Assembly (NCBI GenBank): GCA_964016885.1
Contig: OZ024740.1
Coordinates: forward strand, 133,362,001-133,426,000
Length of the DNA: 64,000 nucleotides
Source of the DNA: Eledone cirrhosa
Taxonomy: Eukaryota
Direction of reading: 5' to 3'
A program made the translations under genes and the position numbers. Shown piece after piece: positions 28,355-39,715 of this stretch. Under the pieces are notes generated by a model, which had not been told where the DNA came from, ran no database searches, and saw only the letters and a list, made by a program, of their open reading frames with translations. Numbering within the stretch: the stretch's first letter is position 1; each line of letters starts with the position of its first letter.

Positions 28355-29611
28355 CTACATTTTAAATTTAAATTTATATTTAAACGTTGAGTTTAATCTA
28401 TGTTTGCAACAACTGAATAAATTTGTCCGTAGGTTAAGGGAATTTTTAGATTTTAGTATAAAGAATATCTCCTCTGCGCAGAGGTCACATGTCTCAGAGG
28501 ATGAATTAAAAGGAATCCCTCTTGAGACTATATTCCAAGCCGTCGAATATCTAACGTTATCTAGCTTAAGTTGCCAGAGTACACCTGATAGTGCCGTTGA
28601 AGATTTTTTATTTGGATCTGTGAAAGAATTCTTGTGGTTATTATAGCGAAGTTTAAATTCCGTCGATGTGGAACCGACGTAGTTAAAAGAATTAGAGTCA
28701 GTATTAACATTACAATTGTATACTATATTTTTAACTAAGCAGTTGTTATTTAACGGACATTTAGATCTATCTCTACAGTTACATTTGTTAACTTGTATAT
28801 TATTTATGCTATTATCAGTAGGTTTTAAGTTCCTATTATTTATTCTATTAATATTTTGTGCTAAATTTTTGGTGGATGAGTAGCTTAATTTAATTGTATG
28901 CCTATTGAAGATTGAGTGGTACCTATGTGTTCTAGGGAAGCGATTATCAAGAGCTTTGAAAAATAATTTAGCGATGTGGGTTTTAATGTTTAGTGAGAAA
29001 GGGGGGGCAAACCAAATTATGTTCCTAGTTCTATTTCTTTTTTGTCCTTTGGAATTATTGTAATGCTTTCTATTATAGTTGTTAATGTTGTTGCCATAAT
29101 TAAAAAAGTTGTTACTTTGTTTAGTTTGTTTATCATTATCTATGTACACAATCTTATCAGCATACCCTGCCCTAGCTAGTGCATCATTATAGTATTGGGC
29201 CTTTTCGTCAAAAATCTTTCTATTCGACGAGATCCTAGAGATACGTTTTTGGACTGAGTTTACTATAGTGTTTTTGACAGATCTGGGGTGGTTAGAGTTA
29301 AAGTTGACATAGTTTAAGTTTTCATTCAACTTGTGAAAAGGATAGTGGAGACATGTGTTGAGATTTAATGTTATATCTAGGAAATTGACTATTCTATGGT
29401 TGTTCTCAATTTCTATTTTAAGGTTAAAGTAATTAAAAAATTTTGTAATTTGTTTACATTTTCTATTTAGTTCAGGGTTATTATTATTAATAAGTAAAAG
29501 CATGTCATCCCTATATAAACCTCCGGTAGTACCAGGTATTTTCCTATGTAGCGAATTGATTAAAAATAAGCCCACAAGGTCAGTTACTTGAGCTGAGTCG
29601 GAAGATCCCAT
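28355..29611 (-). CDS. Inverted duplicate of the same PLE ORF (C-terminal 418 aa)
   Basis: Translation matches residues MGSSDS...FKFKM of the + ORF. Upstream homology continues to 29746 but has a 1-bp deletion near 29673. Confidence 0.9.
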   Translation of the reverse strand: MGSSDSAQVTDLVGLFLINSLHRKIPGTTGGLYRDDMLLLINNNNPELNRKCKQITKFFNYFNLKIEIENNHRIVNFLDITLNLNTCLHYPFHKLNENLNYVNFNSNHPRSVKNTIVNSVQKRISRISSNRKIFDEKAQYYNDALARAGYADKIVYIDNDKQTKQSNNFFNYGNNINNYNRKHYNNSKGQKRNRTRNIIWFAPPFSLNIKTHIAKLFFKALDNRFPRTHRYHSIFNRHTIKLSYSSTKNLAQNINRINNRNLKPTDNSINNIQVNKCNCRDRSKCPLNNNCLVKNIVYNCNVNTDSNSFNYVGSTSTEFKLRYNNHKNSFTDPNKKSSTALSGVLWQLKLDNVRYSTAWNIVSRGIPFNSSSETCDLCAEEIFFILKSKNSLNLRTNLFSCCKHRLNSTFKYKFKFKM

Positions 29612-29732
29612 AGTTATGTCAAAATTGCTATCTCTATCTGCTCTGGTCCATAATTTGTCATCAAATTATATCAAGTTTTCCTAGCCGATAATATAATATG
29701 CATTTCTTTGCTAGTTATGTCCGTATGTTTGA

Positions 29733-31373
29733 ATGCGTAATTTAGTTAGATTGATCGCACCTTCAAAATCGGACCTGGGCAAATTAAGCAAAAACATTCT
29801 TGACAGGGTGATACTGCAAATTAAGAACTTGGATTATGTATCTAACCTGAGCTTGTGGAAGGGAACTGGAGAGGTTGTTGAGTGGTTTAGGCAAATTAAA
29901 TATGACAATAATAATAGGTTTATTCAACTTGATATAGCTAACTATTATTCTTCTATTGCCCCTAGTCTACTAAATAAGGCACTAAATTACGCATTCAAAC
30001 ATACGGACCTAACTAGCAAAGAAATGCATATTATATTATCGGCTAGGAAAACTTTGATAGAATTTGATGACAAATTATGGACCAGAGCAGATAGAGATAG
30101 CAATTTTGACATAACTATGGGATCTTCCGACTCAGCTCAAGTAACTGACCTTGTGGGCTTATTTTTAATCAATTCGCTACATAGGAAAATACCTGGTACT
30201 ACCGGAGGTTTATATAGGGATGACATGCTTTTACTTATTAATAATAATAACCCTGAACTAAATAGAAAATGTAAACAAATTACAAAATTTTTTAATTACT
30301 TTAACCTTAAAATAGAAATTGAGAACAACCATAGAATAGTCAATTTCCTAGATATAACATTAAATCTCAACACATGTCTCCACTATCCTTTTCACAAGTT
30401 GAATGAAAACTTAAACTATGTCAACTTTAACTCTAACCACCCCAGATCTGTCAAAAACACTATAGTAAACTCAGTCCAAAAACGTATCTCTAGGATCTCG
30501 TCGAATAGAAAGATTTTTGACGAAAAGGCCCAATACTATAATGATGCACTAGCTAGGGCAGGGTATGCTGATAAGATTGTGTACATAGATAATGATAAAC
30601 AAACTAAACAAAGTAACAACTTTTTTAATTATGGCAACAACATTAACAACTATAATAGAAAGCATTACAATAATTCCAAAGGACAAAAAAGAAATAGAAC
30701 TAGGAACATAATTTGGTTTGCCCCCCCTTTCTCACTAAACATTAAAACCCACATCGCTAAATTATTTTTCAAAGCTCTTGATAATCGCTTCCCTAGAACA
30801 CATAGGTACCACTCAATCTTCAATAGGCATACAATTAAATTAAGCTACTCATCCACCAAAAATTTAGCACAAAATATTAATAGAATAAATAATAGGAACT
30901 TAAAACCTACTGATAATAGCATAAATAATATACAAGTTAACAAATGTAACTGTAGAGATAGATCTAAATGTCCGTTAAATAACAACTGCTTAGTTAAAAA
31001 TATAGTATACAATTGTAATGTTAATACTGACTCTAATTCTTTTAACTACGTCGGTTCCACATCGACGGAATTTAAACTTCGCTATAATAACCACAAGAAT
31101 TCTTTCACAGATCCAAATAAAAAATCTTCAACGGCACTATCAGGTGTACTCTGGCAACTTAAGCTAGATAACGTTAGATATTCGACGGCTTGGAATATAG
31201 TCTCAAGAGGGATTCCTTTTAATTCATCCTCTGAGACATGTGACCTCTGCGCAGAGGAGATATTCTTTATACTAAAATCTAAAAATTCCCTTAACCTACG
31301 GACAAATTTATTCAGTTGTTGCAAACATAGATTAAACTCAACGTTTAAATATAAATTTAAATTTAAAATGTAG
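29733..31373 (+). CDS. Penelope-like element ORF (5'-truncated): reverse transcriptase plus C-terminal GIY-YIG endonuclease, probably Nematis-type
   Basis: Open 546-aa frame. RT motifs RLIAPSKSDLGK, FIQLDIANYYSSI (A), ITMGSSDSAQVTDLVG (B'), LYRDDML (C), VNFLDITL. Linker IIWFAPPFS and CNCR..CPL..C. Endonuclease IVY...YVGST..FKLRYNNH, with C-terminal CDLC..E and CKH. Clade assignment is from motif recall only. Confidence 0.92.
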   Translation: MRNLVRLIAPSKSDLGKLSKNILDRVILQIKNLDYVSNLSLWKGTGEVVEWFRQIKYDNNNRFIQLDIANYYSSIAPSLLNKALNYAFKHTDLTSKEMHIILSARKTLIEFDDKLWTRADRDSNFDITMGSSDSAQVTDLVGLFLINSLHRKIPGTTGGLYRDDMLLLINNNNPELNRKCKQITKFFNYFNLKIEIENNHRIVNFLDITLNLNTCLHYPFHKLNENLNYVNFNSNHPRSVKNTIVNSVQKRISRISSNRKIFDEKAQYYNDALARAGYADKIVYIDNDKQTKQSNNFFNYGNNINNYNRKHYNNSKGQKRNRTRNIIWFAPPFSLNIKTHIAKLFFKALDNRFPRTHRYHSIFNRHTIKLSYSSTKNLAQNINRINNRNLKPTDNSINNIQVNKCNCRDRSKCPLNNNCLVKNIVYNCNVNTDSNSFNYVGSTSTEFKLRYNNHKNSFTDPNKKSSTALSGVLWQLKLDNVRYSTAWNIVSRGIPFNSSSETCDLCAEEIFFILKSKNSLNLRTNLFSCCKHRLNSTFKYKFKFKM

Positions 31374-32545
31374 TATATTTAGTTTGATTTATATTTATAT
31401 GAGAACTAGCCGATAAATCTTTTGATTCCTAAATCTTTGATTCCCTCTTTTTACTCTTTTTATTGTTTATTTTATTTTATTTATTTTTATTTTTATTTTT
31501 ATTTTTATTTTTATTTTTATTTTTATTTTTATTTTTATTTTTATTTTTATTTTTATTTTTATTTTTAATTTTATTTTTATTTTTATTTTTATTTTTATTT
31601 TTATTTTTATCTAAACATTCCTCATGAAAAATTAAGCTACCCTAAAAGCCGATGCTCCAAATTTTCTGAATTAACCTTACACTTGATAAACTTATATATT
31701 AAATATAGGAACATATGTAGACATTATTGGACATCATAATCTTTTTTGCGATATTCCTTGCTAGATGTGATTTGATAGATAATTTTTGGCTTTGTCTTGT
31801 AGTGAACTTGGCAATATATTGTCAATTAACCTTGAAGGGTTGTTCTTTGTGGTTTACTTTTATTTTTATTCTTTTAGTATTGTAGTATTCTATAATATTT
31901 TTATATTTTTAGTTTTTATTTTATTTTATTTTATTTTTATTTTTAATATTTTTATATGTAAGTTTATTTTTAATATTTTTATATGTAAAGTTTTAATACG
32001 TAATATTTTTAATACGTAGTATTTTTAATATGCAATATTTTTATTATGTAATATTCTTTCGTAATATTCTTTTTTAGTTTTCTATTCTATATTTTTATAT
32101 TTTTATATATTTTTACTTATTATCATTATTATTGTTATCTCTGCTTATAATATAATATATATTTTCGATTAGTATATTGAAATCTGCTCTCTATTTCTGC
32201 TTGATAGATAATCTTGTAGAGAATAATAATACGCTCAAATTTTTATACCACATTGAGAATGTTTTTCCGGTAACTTTGAATTTGCGGAGTGAATCAGTTG
32301 GATTCACATAGACATATGAATTTTTTTTAAAAAACTAAACATAAGATAATGAATTTTCACGCATTGTGAATACTTGTTTCATTCAGGAATACTGATATTT
32401 ACAATATAGTGTAAGTTTTATAAATACTAATACATTAAAACATAGGGTTTTCTACGCCTCGAATGTGTCTGGCTATTTTTAAATTTTTCTCTCTATATAT
32501 CTCTCTATATCTCTCTATATATCTCCCTTACATTAATACTTGAGC

Positions 32546-32580
<35 letters not shown>

Positions 32581-32945
32581 ATGCATCATTGATACACTTA
32601 CTCAAAATGACCTCCCACTACCTAATTTTTCTATATCTATATTTATATATGTATCTATCTCTATTTCCTCTCTCTCTATATATATATATATATCTCTTTC
32701 GGTCTCTTTACATGAAGCTCTTCGCTTTATCTATTTTTCCATCTCTCTATTTTGTCCCATGCATTTCTTCTTTTTCTTCTTTTTCTTCCTTTTCTTCGTT
32801 TTGTCTTTCTTTCTTTCTTATTTCCCTCTTTTCTCTCTCTCTTTCTTTCTCTCTGTATTTTCACTGCTAGAGTGAACCTCTTCAAATGAAGTTGATGTTT
32901 ATTACGGTATGTCGAATATATTTATCTATAAAACTGTTTATATTG

Positions 32946-33011
32946 TATTTTGTCTAATGAAGGCATAGCATATTGTTAATATGATATCCCCGAAATATAT
33001 ATAATGAAATA
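32946..33011 (+). ncRNA. Type-I hammerhead ribozyme motif with variant core (CUAAUGA)
   Basis: tattttgt-CTAATGA-stem II (catatt/aatatg)-GAAA-tatata-TA-atgaaata. Confidence 0.75.
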
Positions 33012-33139
33012 AATATGGTTTTATAAATATAGTTTTCCATTTATTTAATATTGTAAATATACTCCAAGGATTTGTCGAGTGCTTTTATATCAGTTATAAA
33101 TATTTACTAGTTGTAACCCAACAATTTTAAATATAACTT

Positions 33140-33198
<59 letters not shown>

Positions 33199-33276
33199 CG
33201 AAGGAAATGTGGTAAGGAACCAGGTGGACCATAACGCACCAAAGTACTCAATACTTAGGGTAGTAGAGTGGGTAAT

Positions 33277-33354
33277 AGGAACGAGTAGGACCCCGACGGC
33301 TGAGCTCAAGCCGTTGAAACGGCTTGAGCTCAGCCGTCGGGGTCCTACTCGTTC

Positions 33355-33356
<2 letters not shown>
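33277..33356. repeat. Perfect 39-bp-arm hairpin built from the 3' half of a hammerhead
   Basis: aggaacgagtaggaccccgacggctgagctcaagccgtt-ga-aacggcttgagctcagccgtcggggtcctactcgttcct. Confidence 0.9.
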
Positions 33357-33423
<67 letters not shown>

Positions 33424-33658
33424 GGGGGGGGGGGGGCGTACGTACGTATGTAGGAACAGGTGCAGATGTTTTATGTATTTTATATTTTCATGTATCTACA
33501 TAATTTATTGTCAGATGGATATATTTATATATCTAAACATATATAACAAATATCATTCTCACATACACACGCGCGCACACATTGTCGCATACACATATAT
33601 ATGCTTGTGGATGTGTTATTCGATATATATTTGTCGTTTAATACTCTTTATATATCTA

Positions 33659-33751
<93 letters not shown>

Positions 33752-35317
33752 GGGAGCAATGTACGATCGTACATACACATCTATATGTATTTGTGTGTGT
33801 GGTATGCAATGTATGTTCAAACATATATCTCTTTATCTCTATTTCTCTCTCGCTCTCTCTCCGTCTCTCGCACTCTCTCTCTCTCCTTCTCTCTCTCTTT
33901 CTCTCCTGTTATTTGTTGCTTCTTTTCTCCGCCTTATTTCTTCATGCTCTCTCCTCGACACCTGCTTACACATGCTCAGCTACAAGTGCCCAATATTCGT
34001 CTGTCCTTTTTTTACTACCTGGTGTCGGAAGCTATCTATATGTGGGAGTGTATGTGTGTTTGTATGTGCTTGCCTGTGTGTGTGTATGCGTCTGCCTGTG
34101 TGCATACTTAGGTGCGTATATGTGTATGCGTGTGTGCCCGTTTTTGTGTGAATGTGAATGTGCTCGCGTGCCTGACTGTTGTTTGTGGTTGTCAATGAGG
34201 CAACATCATGTAAACTAAGAAGAGGCATACATTAACCCTTCGGTGACATCAAGCTTTTTATACCTTACACGGGGGGATTTGCCGAAATGTCCTATACTTG
34301 CTTATAGTCGCAATCAGCAATAACCTGTGGAAGCCTTTACTAACACACCCCGTTAAGAATATCTCCACTTTATGTGTGCAGAAGTTAGACATAATTATAA
34401 GCATGAAACAACCATTTATGCATAAATAGTTCAAGACTTTCTCACCTACTTTTTGGGAGAAATCTTATAATTCCTTACTTTACAGCATTACCTATCTAAA
34501 GTATGTATGTTGTTCGAATAGCCAACAGAGATAATGCATGTAAATGTGCAACACAACACGACTGAAGAAGGATAAAATTGACATTCGTTGATGAAATGAA
34601 GCGGATTGCGGAGCGAAGAAATAACGTCCGATGATTACCAACACTATTGGCTTGAAGGCCAAATAAATGGCCTGGCTGTGGAGAAGTAAGATATATTGAG
34701 AAAGAAGAAGAAAGAAACAAAGAAAGAGAAAGAGAGAACAAAGGAAAAGAGAAAATAATGGTCAAGCAAGTAAAATAATGTTATCAACATATAAGAGTGT
34801 TGGCGTGAATATATATATAAATATAGTATCAGCAGAGAATGGACTCAGTTACATTACACGAATAGGCAAATGCATCGTTATCTCATCAGCCACCTTACCG
34901 AATGCAGTTTCGGGCATTAAAAGGGTGATGCAGAGAGAGAGAGAGAGAGGTGGGGAGAAAGGGATACTTATATGGATCATATCACAGCTACGTCAGTAAC
35001 GTGTGAAAACGTGAAATATATCAAGTTTAGTATCTTTAATACAACACCGAATACACTTACTAGGAACTGAAGTACAGAAGCTATATTTTTATACCTAAAT
35101 TTTGCAGATAATACAGTTTCGATAACGCCCTATTTGACGGTAACACTAACACAGCATGATTCGGAATATAGGCATATACAAAAGCCTGAAAACATGTTTA
35201 TGTATAATAAACATACATCGTTCTGCTATCAATAATTTAAAGTTCAATCATGTCATACCTCACGCATTAAACGCATGTATATGTATGTGAATGATCGTGT
35301 TTATTTGTAAATATTGC

Positions 35318-35388
<71 letters not shown>

Positions 35389-35428
35389 GAATATTAATAA
35401 ATGGAAAATATCTTTATAATATCTTAGT

Positions 35429-35488
35429 TATTTTATTATAAGTATTTCAAGGACACTAAACTTTAGTGTCCTTCTATCAGATAAAATA
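35429..35488 (-). ncRNA. Degenerate hammerhead motif in a short PLE 3'-end fragment between (TA)n tracts
   Basis: tattttat-CTGATAG-aaggacactaaa/tttagtgtcctt-GAAA-tactta-TA-ataaaata; downstream ttttccatttattaatatt resembles the 33030-33052 terminus. Confidence 0.65.
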
Positions 35489-35565
35489 TAAAAATATAAT
35501 AATATTTGGTGTTAAGATATTGACATACCTTAGCGCAAACTTACTAGTATTAGCCCGCTATCATT

Positions 35566-35649
<84 letters not shown>

Positions 35650-35835
35650 GTTATATAGTAAGGAGTATTACTGGTTGTGTCATACGGTCCAATAACATTT
35701 TGTTAGCAATATTTAGTTCTCCACGCTTTTGTATATCTCCAATTCCATTTATGGGAACAGCTAGATGATGTAAAACGGAGTATTTGTCTCAAAATAAAGA
35801 TCCGAAGGCATGGTATACATTTCCAATCATTTTAA

Positions 35836-35908
35836 TCACGACATATGTTTCAATAAGAGATAGATCGATCGTGCGGCCATGATCGATTATCACTAACTCG
35901 TCAGGTGA
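35836..35908 (-). ncRNA. Type-I hammerhead ribozyme (GUC site)
   Basis: tcac-CTGACGA-stem II (atcgatc/gatcgat)-GAAA-catatg-TC-gtga. Confidence 0.82.
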
Positions 35909-35983
35909 AAATGAATTGTCTTCAAATCCTTGATATGAGGGAGAAAATTTAACAATGTTCACTCACTAGACTTTTGTGCCCCA

Positions 35984-37762
35984 GTTAAATGAATTATGAA
36001 CTTAGAGGAATTAATTAGGGTCCAAGTTTGTTTCTATATAGGAAAAAGTAAATAATAGGTATAATATGAGCACGGAAGGAGAGAAGAAAGAAGAAATTCA
36101 AGGAGGAAAAAATATATGACGTCAAAAAAATATATGTTTACTTATAAGCATTCCAATAACAAAGAAAAGACCTAGATATAAAAATATGATTTGGTACAAC
36201 GCTCCTTTTTCTCTATCTATTATTAGTAATATTCCTAAACTATTTTTAGGGCCTTAGATAAATGCTTCCCTCCTTCGCATATTTATAGTAAGATCTTAAA
36301 TAAACATACAATTAAATTATCGTATTCCACCACTTCCAACATCTCTAACATTATCTCTAAACATAATAATAAAATATTAAATAATAAATTATATCCATCC
36401 AACACTGAGCGTCATAATAATAGCAATAGTAAACCCGACGTCAATGTTAACTCTAGGCTAGATTCCGTAAATTTAAATACGATGTCAAACGTAACTTTGT
36501 CGAATGTTCATAATACCAATCTAAATCAGGAAACTTTAGAACCTATCGTAAATAATTTCTCCAAATCAATTCCTTCTATAAATAATATTGGGTCACTTGC
36601 TAATAACTCTGGTAATATCTCTAATCGTAATTCCAATTGCCCTGTTAGAACTAAATGTCCTCTTAGTAACCATTGTCTTGATACAAATTTAGTGCATGAA
36701 TGTAAGGTTATAACTGGTACTAATTATTTTACCTATTTTGGTTCCACTTCCACATCCTTTAAAGCAAGATTTTATAATCACAATTCTTCTTTTAAATACC
36801 AACTTAAAAGAACTAACACGGCACTCTCAGAACTTATATGGTCCTTAAAGAATAAAAATATTAACTACAACATTTCTTGGAGGAAGGTTTGCAACACCTC
36901 TCCTTACCTTAATTCTCCCCTATCCACAACATGTAATCTCTGCCTAGTGGAGAAATTTACCATTATCTCTAATTTTAATTCTATAATAAATAGACGTACG
37001 GATTTATTTTCGCTCTGCTTGCATAAATCCCATAGAACTTTCCATAAAGTATACAGCTAATATCTTACTACCTAATTAGTTTTAAATCATCTTTTCTCAA
37101 ACGCTTTTATATTTTTTACAAATATACCCATCTTTCTACCTTATTTCAGTATATTATACAATATTAATCATACTATGTCGTTAGCGGTCCCCTATTTTTC
37201 TTCTTTTTCTTCTTTTTTTTAATTTCTAATCTTGAATCTGCAACTTTTACTTCTCAATTACTTCTTAATTCATATTATAACTCACTATAGCACTTTCCTC
37301 ATATTCTCGACCATACAAATTTTTATTTTTAATATATACTAATATTACCATTAGTGAAATTTTGTAAACATATATTTTTTTGACGTTATATATTTTTTCT
37401 TCCTTGAATTTCTTCTTTCCTCTCTCCTTCCGTGCTCGTATTTACTTTTTCCCATTACAATATATAGAAACAAACTTGGACCCTAATTAATTCAACTAAG
37501 TTCATAATTCATTTAACCTTATCTTCATTCACCTTATCTTCTTAATATATTTTATTTTAATAATTCATTTTAATAAATTCCTTTTCGCACATATTATTAA
37601 ACCCTTCAATATATAAACCTTAAATAAATAGCATTCTTAATTCATTTTTCTTTAATCATAAACATCACCATTCATAAACTTCATTAACTTTTAATTTCTT
37701 AATTTTTTTTTAAACGTTTTCTTTTTATTTCTCTCTGTGAGACAGTGTTTCTAAATATTAAA

Positions 37763-37835
<73 letters not shown>

Positions 37836-38170
37836 TCGTTTTCTCCTCCTCTCTCATCCTTCCTTCTTATACTCCTTCTCCGTCATCCTTTCCTTATTAT
37901 TATATTTTTTGTTCTTATTATATTCTTTCTTCCTCTTCCTTACCTTTTCCTTTCCCCCTTCCTTTCCTTTTTTTCCCAATCTCATATATCCATCTTATTT
38001 TATTTTTCATATGTTGATTTAACACTTCACTGCTCGCAAGCGTTTTTTAAGCTTCATATCATGTCTCCTTATTTTATCTGATGAGAAGGCAAATATCACC
38101 CCATGATGATATTTGTTTTTGAAATGCGCATAATAAAATACAAGGAACTCTTTTAACCATCTTTTGATTT

Positions 38171-38178
<8 letters not shown>
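35984..38178 (+). mobile_element. 5'-truncated PLE (endonuclease region 36150-37060, 3'UTR, HHR) with inverted 5' arm (35984-36141 = revcomp of ~37364-37517)
   Basis: IWYNAPFS (frameshifted), CPVRTKCPLSNHC, YFGSTSTSFKARFYNH, CNLCLVEK, CLH; ends in (TA)n. Confidence 0.87.
38070..38140 (+). ncRNA. Intact type-I hammerhead ribozyme
   Basis: tattttat-CTGATGA-gaaggcaaatatca/tgatatttgttttt-GAAA-tgcgca-TA-ataaaata. Confidence 0.88.
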
Positions 38179-38206
<28 letters not shown>

Positions 38207-38531
38207 TTATTTATTTAGGTTTGAAGGTTCACCACTGGATAGAGCTGGTCAATTCCGTATGGTCAATCTTGATGTAATAATATGGAGAGTACTCAACGTA
38301 AAGCAGCTCAACCGTCTTCGTTTGTGTAGTTGGTGGTGCGAGTACGGAGTTAAATATTATAATAAAATAACAGGAGGCAGGACTTGTGTAAATCCTTGAA
38401 AGGTTTATTATACTATCATCATTTCCATGACCGGGTTCCGTATGAATCCGGTGATATCATCAGGTATTCGAAATATAATAAATGAATGTAACATATAAAA
38501 TCCATGGGGCTGATTAATGGTGTAAATTAAT

Positions 38532-38719
38532 TGTTTCTACTGTTTGACACAAGGCCAGCAATTATCCCAGTGTATTACTGGTATTTTATTTTATCGACCC
38601 CGTAAGGATGAAAGGCAAAGTTAACCTCGGCGGGATTTAAACTCAGATTGGAAAGGGCCGTAACTCTATGCGTCAAAGCATGGTGTCCAACCCTCTACCG
38701 ATACTGCCAATCCACCGCC
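38532..38719 (-). mobile_element. Same SINE family, 18-bp TSD
   Basis: TSD ttaatggtgtaaattaat at 38514-38531 and 38720-38737. Confidence 0.9.
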
Positions 38720-39531
38720 TTAATGGTGTAAATTAATAGTACTCGTTTGGTATAACGATGGCCTAACGACGATGGCTGACTTCCCACTAGCACACCTGAA
38801 GCCTGTAAATCTAAAAAAAAATTTAACGTTCCAATCTTCTGCTCACATTATACCATGTAGAACCCCACTATATATACCTCTGTTATAATATATACCTCTG
38901 TTAAGATACGGGTCTTTAGAATAACTTTTTTCGCGGCAATTCCTGGCCTGACTGTAGCATGACATTAATGGTGACTTTTCTTCCTCTTTCTTTCTGTCTT
39001 TTTTCTTGTAGCATGACATTAACGCTGACTTTTCTTCTTCTTCCTTTCTGTTTTTCTTCTCTTTGACAGGGAAGTTAGTAGCACACTATAAGCTTTAGCC
39101 CCCTCACCAGATAGCCTTAGGTAGGCCGAATAGGCAGCACTTGAGGGCGACCGGCTAAAGTGGAAGATGCTAGATGGTCGGTCGTCCTCGGGTCTATGAT
39201 TTTCTGCCTCATGGATTTTATCTGTTACATTCATTTATTATATTTCGAATACCTGATATCACCGGATTCATACGGAACCCGGTCATTCAAATAATCATAG
39301 TATAATAAACCTTTCAAGTCCAGCCTCCTGTTATTTTATTATAATATTTAACTCCGTACTCGCACCACCAACTACACGAACGAAGACGGTTGAGCTGCTT
39401 TACGTTGAGTACTCTCCATATTATTACATCAAGATTGACCATACGGAATTGACCAGATCTCTCCAGTGGTGAACCTTCAAACCTAAATAAATAATGCTCC
39501 TGAAATGTTGAGCACTTGCAGATGTAATAAT

Positions 39532-39715
39532 TGTTTCTACTTTAGGCACAAGGCCAGCAATTACCCAGTACATTACTGGTACTTTATTTTATCGACCCCG
39601 TAAGGATGAAAGGCAAAGTTAACCTCGGCGGGATTTGAACTCAGACTGTAAAGGAACGTAACTACGCTAGAAAGCATGGCGTCCAACCGTCTACCGATAC
39701 TGCCAATCCACCGCC
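39532..39715 (-). mobile_element. Same SINE family, 17-bp TSD
   Basis: TSD cttgcagatgtaataat at 39515-39531 and 39716-39732. Confidence 0.9.

Larger units (their letters stand above)
26755..33145. mobile_element. Head-to-head inverted PLE insertion in (TA)n: left arm 26755-29746, spacer 29747-29980, right arm 29981-33055, unique 3' tail to ~33145
   Basis: Arms are reverse complements across the ORF, the ~1.6-kb 3'UTR and the HHR. (TA)n flanks both sides. Confidence 0.93.

Noticed and set aside
34232-34250. ttaaccct piggyBac-like terminus
   Set aside because: No matching opposite terminus seen.
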